Of a stretch of DNA of 37,631 nt, positions 1 to 9,278 are shown in pieces; within the stretch, counting starts at the first letter, position 1, and each line of letters opens with the position of its first letter. Location: assembly GCA_038065515.1 (NCBI GenBank), contig JBBTQV010000017.1:1-37631 (forward strand), given 5' to 3'. The stretch is from Patescibacteria group bacterium (GTDB taxonomy: Bacteria; Patescibacteriota; Minisyncoccia; 2-02-FULL-40-12; GWA2-44-9). Made by a program: the position numbers and the translations under genes. The notes below the pieces were generated by a model that made no database searches, had not been told where the DNA came from, and saw nothing but the letters and a program-made list of their open reading frames with translations.

Positions 1-138
1 TCAGTCCGTTTCTTGTTCAAAATAGGTTCGAGCAAAGCAGAGTAATACAGCACAACTTCAGAAAATCGGCATTGACAATGTATTCATTATACTATATAAG
101 GGTGCTAAGCTGTTTTCCAACCAACAAGGAGTAAAGAG

Positions 139-912
139 ATGCGCAAGGTCTTGTCGACCGCATTTGCATGCCTCATCCTGACCCTGTTGTCCCAAGTCGC
201 TCCGGCCCAGCCATACACCACGCGCCAGGAGCTCGCCGTCCCACACTACCAACTGGAGCGAGGGGGCAGTCTGGACCTGCCATTCGACCTCGGAACCATC
301 AAATTCCTCGGGCTCAAAATCAACCCCGTACGAATCGCGTATCGTATGGATTTGAATCCGGGAACCGAAGAGGTGTTGTCGGACATCAGCACTTGCGGAT
401 TCGGCGAAACGGAACCTTACCGGCAGGAGTGGAGCTGTCACAGCTGGCTCAAGCACGATGATACTTTCATCCAGTTCTCGTTCGAGTTCACCACGATGTA
501 CCCGACACCCAAACTCGACGACGCCGTCTATGTCCGGATTGCCACATCCGACCGGAGGCCTTCCTCGGAAACCGTCGTGTATCCGAAAGAGATTCGAGTA
601 GTCTACAACCTCGGCGGATCTCCGCTCGAATGGGGTTCACTTCCGATTCCCAGTCACCGCGACTCACTAATCGCCGGGTTCGCTGGCAACTCGCTGTTCA
701 TTTGCGATGCTAGGTTCGACCTCGATGAGATTACGGTCTGCACCGAGAGTGGGGCGCACGCGGTGATTCGCAGGGGAACGGTTGGCACCTTGCACATCTG
801 GAGAACCTCTTTGCAGCTGTCGTGGCAGGGAGGCCACACTGACAGAGAAAGAGAAGGAGGAGGATACGACGACATTCTCCTTACCATCACACTCCAACGC
901 AATCAACCCTAA
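139..912 (+). CDS. Secreted hypothetical protein
   Basis: 257-aa ORF with signal-peptide-like N-terminus (MRKVLSTAFACLILTLLSQVAPA); AAGGAG SD at 126-131; TTGACA at 72-77. Confidence 0.75.
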   Translation: MRKVLSTAFACLILTLLSQVAPAQPYTTRQELAVPHYQLERGGSLDLPFDLGTIKFLGLKINPVRIAYRMDLNPGTEEVLSDISTCGFGETEPYRQEWSCHSWLKHDDTFIQFSFEFTTMYPTPKLDDAVYVRIATSDRRPSSETVVYPKEIRVVYNLGGSPLEWGSLPIPSHRDSLIAGFAGNSLFICDARFDLDEITVCTESGAHAVIRRGTVGTLHIWRTSLQLSWQGGHTDREREGGGYDDILLTITLQRNQP

Positions 913-929
913 GAAGTTCTCGTAAGTTG

Positions 930-1070
930 TCACAGACCACCATGTCGTAGGACCTCTGGTGGTTTTTCTTTGGCGGCATACCCTTGCAACTCTACGAGTT
1001 GCGCTTCAATACTCAAAACCTGTCGGTCATCTTCTTCGGTAGATTTGCGAGCATAAAGTATATATTTCAT
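930..1070 (-). pseudogene. N-terminal fragment of a serine recombinase (resolvase family)
   Basis: MKYILYARKSTEEDDRQVLSIEAQLVEL matches the YxRxS catalytic motif region; frame ends after 46 aa. Confidence 0.85.
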
Positions 1071-1137
1071 ATTATAGAGCACAACTTCAGAAAATATGAT
1101 AGAGTAGGCTAGCTTCAACCCCTCCGACAAACTTATC

Positions 1138-1548
1138 ATGCCAAAAGAGATTCCAAAACAACCCGAGCGCGCTCAACCTGATCAAGAGCATTGGCACGGC
1201 CCGATTGCCGGACTGGAAGACACCCGCGAAATACATATTCTGCGTAAGCTCACAGAACATGGTCTTGCCAAAGAAGAACTCTACACAGACCCTGAAGGAA
1301 ATATTATTTATCAAGTGAGGGAACTTGTGAGAAAATCGGACGGGACAGTCGGGGGAGGACGAATTATCCGTATGGAAAACGAAACCCTTCTCAAGCAGCT
1401 CCTTGATGAAGACGCGCGCATGCAGAGTCTGATTCAGGAGTACAAGTCTCGAGACAAAAATCGGGGCCTGGCTCTCGATAAGAATACCGCTAAAGTCGTT
1501 GAACTTATGGAAATGCCTCCTCCCAAGGAGGGCGGCAAAGACCATTAA
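1138..1548 (+). CDS. Hypothetical protein
   Basis: 136-aa charged ORF ending at a hairpin shared with the convergent gene. Confidence 0.65.
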   Translation: MPKEIPKQPERAQPDQEHWHGPIAGLEDTREIHILRKLTEHGLAKEELYTDPEGNIIYQVRELVRKSDGTVGGGRIIRMENETLLKQLLDEDARMQSLIQEYKSRDKNRGLALDKNTAKVVELMEMPPPKEGGKDH

Positions 1549-1550
1549 AT

Positions 1551-1566
1551 ATCCCCGCTGGGGGAT
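1551..1566. terminator. Hairpin between convergent genes
   Basis: ATCCCC-GCTG-GGGGAT. Confidence 0.5.
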
Positions 1567-1567
1567 C

Positions 1568-2191
1568 TTACGGCTTCCGGATGAGGTAGTCCAGAAGGGG
1601 AATAGGGTGGCGGCCTTCGGGAATGTATTGCGCAAACACAGCACGAACTTCTTCGTGGTTTTGCTCGCCCAATGGAAGCCGCAAATGCGGAACATGCCAG
1701 CGCCCGGAATGCAGACTCACTTCCATCGCGCCGTCAGGCATCGTGTGAATATCAAATGATGCCAAGTCAACATGCGGGTAATGATGGCCGTCGACTTCGA
1801 TGCCGTGTTCGTTCACCGCAACGCGCACTGGCTTGCTCCACCGCTGTCGCGCCTCCAGCGCTCCCGCGCCGGCGAGCACAACCAGAAATCCCGTGAGACT
1901 TGCCTGCCAGAGCGCAACAAGCCCGCCCACCGCTGCAAAGGCGCCCAACAACATATAATGTTTGCGGCGCGCAGCGCCCTGGAGCGTGTGGTCGGCCTCC
2001 CATGCAATAGTGCGTGGGGCGATAGTCGCTGATAAGGTGAGCGCAGCAAGCTCGTCGATGGTCATGTTATCCGCATGTGCCGGTTCGGGTCCGCTGATGG
2101 TCAGCGCCTCCACCGGTGTTGCGATATCGGTAGTAGTGGCAGATGCGCCGCCACGCTCCGTTGGATTCTTCAAATCAAGCACATCACTCAT
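1568..2191 (-). CDS. Membrane protein, two TM helices plus small C-terminal soluble domain
   Basis: Hydrophobic pair (YMLLGAFAAVGGLVALW / LTGFLVVLAGAG); start placed at MSDVLD, 6 nt after TATACT. Confidence 0.7.
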   Translation of the reverse strand: MSDVLDLKNPTERGGASATTTDIATPVEALTISGPEPAHADNMTIDELAALTLSATIAPRTIAWEADHTLQGAARRKHYMLLGAFAAVGGLVALWQASLTGFLVVLAGAGALEARQRWSKPVRVAVNEHGIEVDGHHYPHVDLASFDIHTMPDGAMEVSLHSGRWHVPHLRLPLGEQNHEEVRAVFAQYIPEGRHPIPLLDYLIRKP

Positions 2192-2231
2192 GCGCCCAGT
2201 ATACAACAATTATGAGAATCAACGGAGGCGT

Positions 2232-2807
2232 TCAGATCTTTCCGACGAGTTTGATGCCAGGCTTGAGCGTTTTGTCGCCCGGCTCCCAGCTAGCGGGGCA
2301 CACATTTCCGCTGTGCGTTGCCACGAACTGCGCCGCCTTGAGCTTTCGGAGTAGTTCCTTCGCGCTGCGTCCGATGGAATTGTCGTGGATTTCGACCGTT
2401 TTCAGTATGCCTTCCGGGTCAATAAGAAATGTCCCGCGCAATGAGAGCCCCTCGTTTTCGATGTAGGTGCCAAACATCCGGCAGACGCGGCCCGTCGGAT
2501 CGGCGAGCATCGGATACTGCACTTTGGCAATCGCGGGAGAATTGTCGTGCCACGCCTTGTGCACGAACGCCGTGTCCGTGCTGATGCTCATAATTTCCGC
2601 TTTGAGCTTCTTGAATTCGGGGTAATACTTCGCCGCCTCTTCGAGCTCTGTGGGGCAGACGAAGGTGAAATCTGCAGGGTAGAAGATGAGCGCAACCCAC
2701 TTTCCGCGATATGCTGATAGCTTTACCTTCTTAAACTCGTCGTTGATGTACGCGTCGAGTTCAAAATCCGGAACCTGCTGACCGATTGATACAAATGATG
2801 TCTCCAT
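2232..2807 (-). CDS. ahpC: Peroxiredoxin (alkyl hydroperoxide reductase C)
   Basis: FYPADFTFVCPTE and VCPASW motifs of 2-Cys peroxiredoxins. Confidence 0.95.
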   Translation of the reverse strand: METSFVSIGQQVPDFELDAYINDEFKKVKLSAYRGKWVALIFYPADFTFVCPTELEEAAKYYPEFKKLKAEIMSISTDTAFVHKAWHDNSPAIAKVQYPMLADPTGRVCRMFGTYIENEGLSLRGTFLIDPEGILKTVEIHDNSIGRSAKELLRKLKAAQFVATHSGNVCPASWEPGDKTLKPGIKLVGKI

Positions 2808-2864
2808 GTGTTGTTATTGATTAATTGGATACAGAGCTCCTTTCTTCTTCGCGACAAGTCACGG

Positions 2865-2949
2865 CGGAGGGTGTAGGACTCGAACCTACAAGCCCCTTTC
2901 GGGGCCCCAGTTTTCAAGACTGGTGCCTTACCATTCGGCGCAACCCTCC
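2865..2949 (-). tRNA. tRNA-Ser(TGA)
   Basis: Acceptor GGAGGGT/ACCCTCC, anticodon arm CCAGT-CTTGAAA-ACTGG, long variable arm, GGTTCGAGTCC; CCA not encoded. Confidence 0.95.
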
Positions 2950-2972
2950 AAGATTATCTTCTGGACTGACTG

Positions 2973-3060
2973 CGGAAGCGGGAGGATTCGAACCTCCGAT
3001 GGGGTTACCCCCATGCCACATTTCGAGTGTGGTGCCTTCAGCCAACTCAGCCACGCTTCC
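2973..3060 (-). tRNA. tRNA-Ser(CGA)
   Basis: Acceptor GGAAGCG/CGCTTCC, anticodon arm CCACA-CTCGAAA-TGTGG, long variable arm; CCA not encoded. Confidence 0.95.
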
Positions 3061-3105
3061 GTGCTGGAAATTATAACACTTTTCGCGCTTTTTGCAATTC
3101 TCCCG

Positions 3106-3840
3106 CTAGTAATAGATCTCCTTGCGGGGAGGGGACTTTGAGATAATGTCCATCGCCTCCTGCGCGGTGTCAATGAGGTGGTACAACTGCATATCTTCTT
3201 TGTCGATAGCTTTGTATTTTTCATACACCGTGTCGCTGATATATGAAATGAGCGGCGTCCAGAATTCTTTGCCTACAAGGATAAGCGGCACCGATTCGCG
3301 GTCGATTTTATGCGTCTGCACCAGTGTCACCAGCTCAAAGAATTCGTCCAGCGTTCCGAACCCGCCCGGGAAGAACACATATGCCTGCGCGGTGTAAAAC
3401 AGCATCACTTTGCGCACGAAGAAATAATAGAACGGCTGGCTCTTCGTGATATACGGATTATTGCGCTGCTCGAACGGTAACCGGATGGAGATACCGATGC
3501 TCTCTCCGCCCGATTCATACGCGCCGCGGTTTCCACCTTCCATGATGCCCGGACCCGCGCCGGTGACCACGCCGATTTTCTTTTTTGCCAGCAGTGCGCC
3601 GAGTTCGCGGGCAACCTGATACCATTTATTGTCTTCCGCGAACCGCGCAGAGCCCAATATAGAGACCGTGTTTTTGTAGTCGGTGATGAACTGCCACCCG
3701 TCAACGAATTCCGACATGATGCGGAACACGCGCCAGTGGAAACTGGAGCGGAAATCCAGAGGAACTTCGCCGAGCTGTTGGCCCCACGGAAGCTTCGACT
3801 CCGGCAGATTCATTGAACCCTTTGGATTATCAGGGGGCAT
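3106..3840 (-). CDS. LOG family (TIGR00730-like) nucleotide phosphoribohydrolase
   Basis: GSAR, TGAGPGIME, RKVM and PGGFGTLDE motifs; start uncertain (3840 or 3813). Confidence 0.9.
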   Translation of the reverse strand: MPPDNPKGSMNLPESKLPWGQQLGEVPLDFRSSFHWRVFRIMSEFVDGWQFITDYKNTVSILGSARFAEDNKWYQVARELGALLAKKKIGVVTGAGPGIMEGGNRGAYESGGESIGISIRLPFEQRNNPYITKSQPFYYFFVRKVMLFYTAQAYVFFPGGFGTLDEFFELVTLVQTHKIDRESVPLILVGKEFWTPLISYISDTVYEKYKAIDKEDMQLYHLIDTAQEAMDIISKSPPRKEIYY

Positions 3841-3941
3841 TACCCGATAGTGTACCACAAACGGCTCCCTAGGCGAACCATTGAATTGTTGTTTCCTGTC
3901 CTGATGCATTTACTGATGAGCTTTCAGGGCGGCGTTTTTAT

Positions 3942-4649
3942 CTACCGATTATCTGCTCCGATTTCGAGTGCTACTGATCCAGTGCCGACATTCCCAGCAG
4001 CATCATACGCCTTCACAGTAATCGAATGTTCGCCATCGGAAAGCTCGGAAAGATCTACCGCGATCTTTCCGTTCCCATTGCCGTATGAATCCGGATATTT
4101 CAGGATGTCATCGATGAACACATCCAATTTTACAATGCCAGAACTCGGTTGTGGATCAAGCGCAATATGCTGTTCAAGCCCGACCACTCCACAGATCTTT
4201 CCGCCGTTCTTGCACCAGTCATTCACCGAGAACGATGAGACAATCTTGATTCGCCATCGTTCGAGTTCATGATCGACAATTGGAGCGGCCGTATCAGCTG
4301 GCGTTGGAGTGGGGGTCGGCATGACGGTAACAGTCACGTAAATAATTTGGGGGATTGGTGCGAGGGTGGGAAGAACGGATACGACGATATTTGGGGTCGA
4401 TGTAGGTGTTGGCGTGTATGGAATATTTGTCAGCTTCGGTGTTTTTAGAGGCGTTGCGATGTCTGCGAGTTTTGTAATTGTCGTAGGTGTTGGGCTGGAT
4501 GGCTCGATAAATTCTAAAAGAGCCGCCTGCTGCTTTTTGGAGTTGATTTCGGTGCGATAGGATATTAGCCCCACGACAACAATAAGAAGAATGGATCCCA
4601 TTACTAAAATAGGGAATTGAATGAAGCCAAATGGTTTTATTTGAGACAT
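3942..4649 (-). CDS. Membrane-anchored protein with Pro/Thr linker and C-terminal Ig-like domain
   Basis: N-terminal TM helix, PTPT repeats, GEHSITVKAYDAAGNVG typical of bacterial Ig-like folds. Confidence 0.75.
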   Translation of the reverse strand: MSQIKPFGFIQFPILVMGSILLIVVVGLISYRTEINSKKQQAALLEFIEPSSPTPTTITKLADIATPLKTPKLTNIPYTPTPTSTPNIVVSVLPTLAPIPQIIYVTVTVMPTPTPTPADTAAPIVDHELERWRIKIVSSFSVNDWCKNGGKICGVVGLEQHIALDPQPSSGIVKLDVFIDDILKYPDSYGNGNGKIAVDLSELSDGEHSITVKAYDAAGNVGTGSVALEIGADNR

Positions 4650-4650
4650 T

Positions 4651-5049
4651 TTAAAAAAGTTTATTCCAAATATGCTCTCCAAACAAAAGCAAAGAAGCTA
4701 TATCTGCCAAAAGCGGAATTGCGATAGTCAATGAAATAATTCTCATCTTTCTTCTCGCCCTGTTCGTTATAACCCCACCCCTCGTGGCTTGCATAATATT
4801 CTTTTCCTGTATAAGCCCGCCGTTTTCAGCCTCGTTCAGAATCTGCCCCCCTTCGCTGGCCTTCATTATATTATTTGACTGGACCAATTTCTCTGTTGCG
4901 CGATGTTCTAAGTTGCCGCCATCAACTGTTTCTTCTACATCTCGCATAAAACATTTGGTCGCATTAATCTTAATAGAGTCTCCTCTTTTGAGATTCATCC
5001 TTATGCCATCATCTCCTATAGAGAGCAGTGGTTCTGTTTTATCATTCAT
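4651..5049 (-). CDS. Hypothetical protein, AT-rich, C-terminal hydrophobic helix
   Basis: 132-aa ORF with imperfect repeats NIMKASEGG/NIMQATRGG. Confidence 0.55.
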   Translation of the reverse strand: MNDKTEPLLSIGDDGIRMNLKRGDSIKINATKCFMRDVEETVDGGNLEHRATEKLVQSNNIMKASEGGQILNEAENGGLIQEKNIMQATRGGVITNRARRKMRIISLTIAIPLLADIASLLLFGEHIWNKLF

Positions 5050-5139
5050 ATTTTTGGCAATGTTTTACTTGGTGGTGTTTGTTTAAAAAAGTCAGAACCC
5101 ATTTTGCGGAGAACCCTGAAAACTAATGCGGACTCGGCA

Positions 5140-5546
5140 GGGCGAAACATTATCTCCGCGATAGTATTTCCGCCATTAAAATACGGTTAGAGCGACTTAC
5201 AGACGCATATTTAGGCGAAGCGTTGGAACTTACCGAGTATCAAGAAAATAAAAATGTTTTAATGGCGGAAAAGAAAACGATTGAGGAGAAATTGAGTGAT
5301 TTTGAGCGAAAAGGCAATCATTGGCTCGAACTCATGCGAAACTGGATTATTGAGGCCAACCAAGCCGAAAATCTCTCTAAACAAGAAAATCTTTCGGGGA
5401 TGAAAGATTTTCTTGTGGACATCGGCTCGAACCGCCGCCTTTCGGCGGGAATGCTTTTGGCGGAATTCAAAACCCCTTGGAATTTCTTGGCGGAAACCAA
5501 TGCCGAGGGGCGAAGCCCCGAGGCAACTTCTTCGGCAAATCAAATT
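5140..5546 (+). pseudogene. C-terminal fragment of a large serine recombinase abutting the tRNA-Ala 3' end
   Basis: Frame reads IKIRLERLTDAYLGEALELTEYQENKN...WLELMRNWI...IGSNRRL...FKTPW, a coiled-coil tail typical of these recombinases; no catalytic domain, in-frame stop at 5124. Confidence 0.75.
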
Positions 5547-5620
5547 TGGTGGACCTGCGGGGAGTTGAACCCCGGACTCGACTATGCCATAGTCGCGTGT
5601 TACCGCTATACTACAGGCCC
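5547..5620 (-). tRNA. tRNA-Ala(GGC)
   Basis: GGGCCTG/CAGGTCC with G3:U70, anticodon loop ATGGCAT (A32-U38), encoded CCA. Confidence 0.95.
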
Positions 5621-6288
5621 TCACAGAGCAGCCGACCAAGAATCATAAGGTCGTGGAAGACTGCTGCCGAAAAGTAATCTATCCGACACACTCCAAGATA
5701 CTCCTTCTTTCGGGTCCGCTTCCCTTGAGAACGCGGGTCGGCGCGAAATGCGTAGAACTGGGAGCGGGGGATACCGGTTGTCAGGCTCCAAAATCGCTCC
5801 AGCTTCTCACCATGCTGATCTCGTCGCCCCTGCACCGTACACCGAAACTTTTCAGCATCTATTCTATAACAAAATCGCAATAAATGCAAGAATAGTCGAA
5901 TAATCCCCGGGTCAGAATTGCCAAACATTAAGGATCCTTTTTGAGTTTTCCCGCCCTCGGCGAGGTAGAGCGTTGCTAATATTAATTTAGCTATGTCCGG
6001 GTTCTTGAGAAGTCGCACGCGCGACATATGTGTTTGTCGGATGGTCGAAAAATAAATTTTCCGTCGCCCGCGTAAGATCTCCTGACCTCGCCGTCTTGCG
6101 CGTACTAGCTTTCGAGCGATTCGGCTGGTCATACGTTTAAGAGCAGTCTGTGGGATTACTACGGTGCGCATCCAATATGCAAGCGTGCCTTTTGGGACTC
6201 CGCCGATCTCTTCGCTGATCTCTGTGTATGTCCGACCGTGCTGCCGTAACGCGATGGCGCGCAATCGTTTTCCATTGTTTCGAACCAT
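5611..6288 (-). CDS. HTH plus LAGLIDADG-like domain protein, tRNA-associated
   Basis: N-terminal HTH-like ALRQHGRTYTEI...VPKGTLAYW; LYLAEGGK...FGNSDPGIIRLF resembles a LAGLIDADG helix and following strand; stop codon inside tRNA-Ala. Confidence 0.7.
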   Translation of the reverse strand: MVRNNGKRLRAIALRQHGRTYTEISEEIGGVPKGTLAYWMRTVVIPQTALKRMTSRIARKLVRARRRGQEILRGRRKIYFSTIRQTHMSRVRLLKNPDIAKLILATLYLAEGGKTQKGSLMFGNSDPGIIRLFLHLLRFCYRIDAEKFRCTVQGRRDQHGEKLERFWSLTTGIPRSQFYAFRADPRSQGKRTRKKEYLGVCRIDYFSAAVFHDLMILGRLLCEGL

Positions 6289-6367
6289 AGTGGTATTGTA
6301 TGTGTTTTATTGACATTTGTAAATAAGGCCTATTTCATGGTATATTCAACTCGTCTCATTGCAACCT

Positions 6368-6439
6368 GTCCCCGTCGTTCAATGGATAGGACGAGCGTTT
6401 CCTAAACTCTAAATCGAGGTTCGACTCCTCGCGGGGACA
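6368..6439 (+). tRNA. tRNA-Arg(CCT)
   Basis: GTCCCCG/CGGGGAC, anticodon loop TTCCTAA, GGTTCGACTCC; one C:U mismatch in anticodon stem; CCA not encoded. Confidence 0.9.
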
Positions 6440-6470
6440 CATTTCGACAAGCTCAACGCAGGTCACGCCT

Positions 6471-7904
6471 ATGGAGATACATCCAAAAGTCAGAGAAATA
6501 CTGAAGACGCTCGAAGGGGAAGGGCACAAAGCTTTTGTCGTGGGCGGGTGTGTTCGCGATGTTCTGATGGATCGGCACCCAACCGACTGGGATATTGCCA
6601 CCGATGCACTGCCGGAACGGATTCAGGAGCTGTTTCCGGACAACTTCTACGATAACGCATTCGGCACGGTCACCATTAAGACACGCGATGAAGACCCCAT
6701 CGTACGAACCGTGCAGGTGACGCCGTTTCGCATTGAGGGCCGCTACAGCGACAAACGCCATCCCGACACGGTGCAGTTTGCGACAACAATTGAAGAAGAT
6801 TTGTCGCGTCGCGATTTCACGGTGAACGCAATCGCGGTATCGCTGGACGGTACCGTCGTCGATCCGCACGGGGGACAGGCGGACATCGAACGCAGAACTA
6901 TCCGCGCAGTCGGCGACCCCGTAGCGCGCTTTGCGGAAGATGCCCTGCGCATGATGCGCGCCGTGCGGTTTGCAACCTCGCTGGATTTCTCCATCGATGA
7001 CGCTACACTCAAAGCAATCACGAGCAACGCGACATCACTCAAAGATATTTCCGCCGAGCGCGTCCGCGACGAACTGATCAAAATCATCGACACGCCTCGT
7101 GCGCTGGACGGAATCCAGCTCCTCGAAGATGTGGGCCTACTCCAATTCATCATTCCCGAACTGCGCGAGGGCCTGGGCGTCGAGCAAAATCTGCATCACA
7201 TCTACACCGTGTGGGAGCATAATCTGCGAACCATGAAATACGCGGCTGACAAATCGTACTCGTTCGCGGTGCGCATGGCGTGCCTTCTGCACGATGTGGG
7301 AAAGCCGCGCAGCAAACACGGCGAAGGAAAGCATTGCACTTTCTACGCGCACGACGCTATCGGCGCAACCATGACGAAGAAAATCATGGAACGCCTGAAA
7401 TTTCCTCACGATATTTCCCACAAAGTGGCCCTACTTGTGCGCTACCATATGTTCTACTACAGCGTCGGAGAGGTGACCGAATCATCGGTTCGGCGCCTCA
7501 TCGCCAATGTCGGACTGGAAAATATCGACGACCTCCTCCGTCTGCGGGAAGGGGACCGTATCGGTTCGGGTACGCCCAAGGCCGTGCCATACAAACTGCG
7601 TCACCTGAAATACATGATTGACAAAGTCAGCCATGACGCCATCTCGGTGAAAATGCTGGCGGTCAACGGCGCTGATATCATGGAAGCGCTCGCGACGCCG
7701 CCCGGTCCGAAAATCGGCCTCATCCTGAATTCATTGCTTGCCGAAGTGCTCGACGATCCGTCGCTCAACGAACGCGACCTGCTTTTGGAGCGCATCCGGA
7801 AGCTGGACAAGAAAACACCCGATGAACTGCAAAAATCGCTTGAACGCATCAATAAGGCGCTCGAACAGGAAGAGCAGGAGCGCATGAAGAAATATTATGT
7901 GTAA
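6471..7904 (+). CDS. cca: CCA tRNA nucleotidyltransferase with HD domain
   Basis: VGGCVRD, DWDIAT, RRDFTVNA, EDALR, ERVRDEL and LLHDVGK motifs. Confidence 0.93.
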   Translation: MEIHPKVREILKTLEGEGHKAFVVGGCVRDVLMDRHPTDWDIATDALPERIQELFPDNFYDNAFGTVTIKTRDEDPIVRTVQVTPFRIEGRYSDKRHPDTVQFATTIEEDLSRRDFTVNAIAVSLDGTVVDPHGGQADIERRTIRAVGDPVARFAEDALRMMRAVRFATSLDFSIDDATLKAITSNATSLKDISAERVRDELIKIIDTPRALDGIQLLEDVGLLQFIIPELREGLGVEQNLHHIYTVWEHNLRTMKYAADKSYSFAVRMACLLHDVGKPRSKHGEGKHCTFYAHDAIGATMTKKIMERLKFPHDISHKVALLVRYHMFYYSVGEVTESSVRRLIANVGLENIDDLLRLREGDRIGSGTPKAVPYKLRHLKYMIDKVSHDAISVKMLAVNGADIMEALATPPGPKIGLILNSLLAEVLDDPSLNERDLLLERIRKLDKKTPDELQKSLERINKALEQEEQERMKKYYV

Positions 7905-8019
7905 GTTGGCAAAAACGCCAGAATATGCTAGGGTTTTTTGGCGAATTCGGGCTGTAAGCAAAGCTTGCACCTCGGGCTTTCGGAACATATCAAAAGGAAT
8001 TTGATATGCTTCCTCATTA

Positions 8020-8090
8020 CGGGCTGTAGTATACCGGTAGTACGTATGATTCGGGTTCATAAAGACCGGGTTCGATTCCCGGCAGCCCGA
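8020..8090 (+). tRNA. tRNA-Pro(CGG)
   Basis: CGGGCTG/CAGCCCG, anticodon arm TATGA-TTCGGGT-TCATA, GGTTCGATTCC; followed by CCG, not CCA. Confidence 0.93.
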
Positions 8091-8095
8091 CCGAT

Positions 8096-8127
8096 ACTAA
8101 AACACCCCTCCTAGGGGGGGTTTTAGT
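8096..8127. terminator. Bidirectional intrinsic terminator
   Basis: ACTAAAACACCCCTCC-TA-GGGGGGGTTTTAGT between tRNA-Pro and the convergent gene. Confidence 0.7.
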
Positions 8128-8742
8128 TTAGACTTCTAGGCCGATGACCGCCGATTCCTCCTGTTGCAGCTCGCGGTCCATCTGGCGGAGCTCTTTTTCT
8201 AGCTCGTCGTCGTCCTGCGGAGTATTATTCTTGTCGTGCTTTTCTTCCGACAATGTATTACCGTTGTTTTCGGATTTCTTGTCGTTGCGGTTGAGATTTT
8301 CCGGCTTCGGAGTTTCAATATCTTCATCTTCGACATTTTCAGCTTCGTTCTGTTCGTCGGCGGCCAGCACCTCATCAACGGCACCCACCTCTGCATTGAG
8401 CTGTCGTTCGATCTGTCGCAGCTCCACATCAAGTTGAGCGTCCTCGTTCAGCGCCATCGCCGATTCGATGCGGTCATTTACCTGAAGCCTGAAATCGTAG
8501 AGCGCATCGTTCGGGCCAGCCATACTCGCGGAAACGCCGGTGCCTCCAAGTGCCAGCAACACCGCCAGAGCGGAGGACACTAGCGCATGCCTGCGAACCC
8601 ATGAGAAAGCACCACTTCCGGCAACACAAGGGGGATTCGAAAGCGTGTACGCCAACAGCTTGTGGCGCATTACCACCTTTTCAGCGGCAGTCATGGCGAT
8701 TTCTCTGCCATGAAACATAAGTTGTTCGGGTTGTTCGGTCAT
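8128..8742 (-). CDS. Putative anti-sigma factor (DUF5667-like)
   Basis: Overlaps sigma stop (ATGA); single TM then ASMAGPNDALYDFRLQVNDRIE motif; acidic tail. Confidence 0.7.
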   Translation of the reverse strand: MTEQPEQLMFHGREIAMTAAEKVVMRHKLLAYTLSNPPCVAGSGAFSWVRRHALVSSALAVLLALGGTGVSASMAGPNDALYDFRLQVNDRIESAMALNEDAQLDVELRQIERQLNAEVGAVDEVLAADEQNEAENVEDEDIETPKPENLNRNDKKSENNGNTLSEEKHDKNNTPQDDDELEKELRQMDRELQQEESAVIGLEV

Positions 8743-9236
8743 ATCTTCATTAATGCACGAAGCTTTTGCATACCGCGGGTAATGCGCACGGAAACGACAT
8801 TTTCACTCTCTCCGATAATCTCCGCAATCTCGCGGGGCATCAGAGCTTCAACATAGCGGAGCAGAACAACCTCCCGGTACGGCTCCTCCAGTGCGCCCGC
8901 GAGTCGAACCGCCTCTGCGGCCGATGCCGACACAAGGGGACTTGGGGTGCATTCGTCGGCGACATCGAATCCCGTCTCCTGCAATTCATCCAGCGACTGC
9001 GCAGACGGTCTGCGCGAGTGGTCGATGAGCGCATTGCGGGCTGTTTGATATAAGAACGGACGCATCTGCTGAACGCTTTTCCCCTGTATCAGGTACCGCC
9101 ACACGCGGGCGAAGGTGTCCTGGGTCAGGTCCCGCGCAAGCTCACGCCAACCGGTCTGCGCATAGCAGAACCGGAATATCGCATCCGAATGTTCGTCGAA
9201 CGCGGCTATAAACCGTTCTTCAAGGGTCTGCTTCAT
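8739..9236 (-). CDS. ECF-type RNA polymerase sigma factor
   Basis: Region 2 (ARDLTQDTF...FLYQTARNALID) and region 4 (YREVVLLRYVE...EIAEIIG...VSVRITRG). Confidence 0.93.
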   Translation of the reverse strand: MKQTLEERFIAAFDEHSDAIFRFCYAQTGWRELARDLTQDTFARVWRYLIQGKSVQQMRPFLYQTARNALIDHSRRPSAQSLDELQETGFDVADECTPSPLVSASAAEAVRLAGALEEPYREVVLLRYVEALMPREIAEIIGESENVVSVRITRGMQKLRALMKI

Positions 9237-9240
9237 AGTA

Positions 9241-9269
9241 TATGACGCACGGTAGCGTCTTCTCTTTCA
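9241..9269 (-). promoter_or_regulatory. Putative ECF promoter of the sigma gene
   Basis: TGAAAG-N16-CGTCAT, 5 nt before the ATG; matches the motif at 9933-9961. Confidence 0.65.
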
Positions 9270-9278
9270 TGAAGCAAA

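Noticed and set aside
2723-3224. Short ORFs across the Ser tRNAs (similarly 9934-10318)
   Set aside because: Translations of tRNA or recombinase-remnant sequence
930-5546. Recombinase N- and C-terminal fragments as one split or invertible gene
   Set aside because: Opposite strands, most of the middle is missing, housekeeping genes lie between, and no recombination sites were seen
5223-5648. 141-aa ORF as an intact gene
   Set aside because: Homology extends upstream of the TTG, the catalytic domain is missing and the end reads through the antisense tRNA
6368-6439. tRNA-Arg as a pseudogene because of the anticodon-stem C:U mismatch
   Set aside because: All other arms are intact and an upstream promoter-like sequence is present
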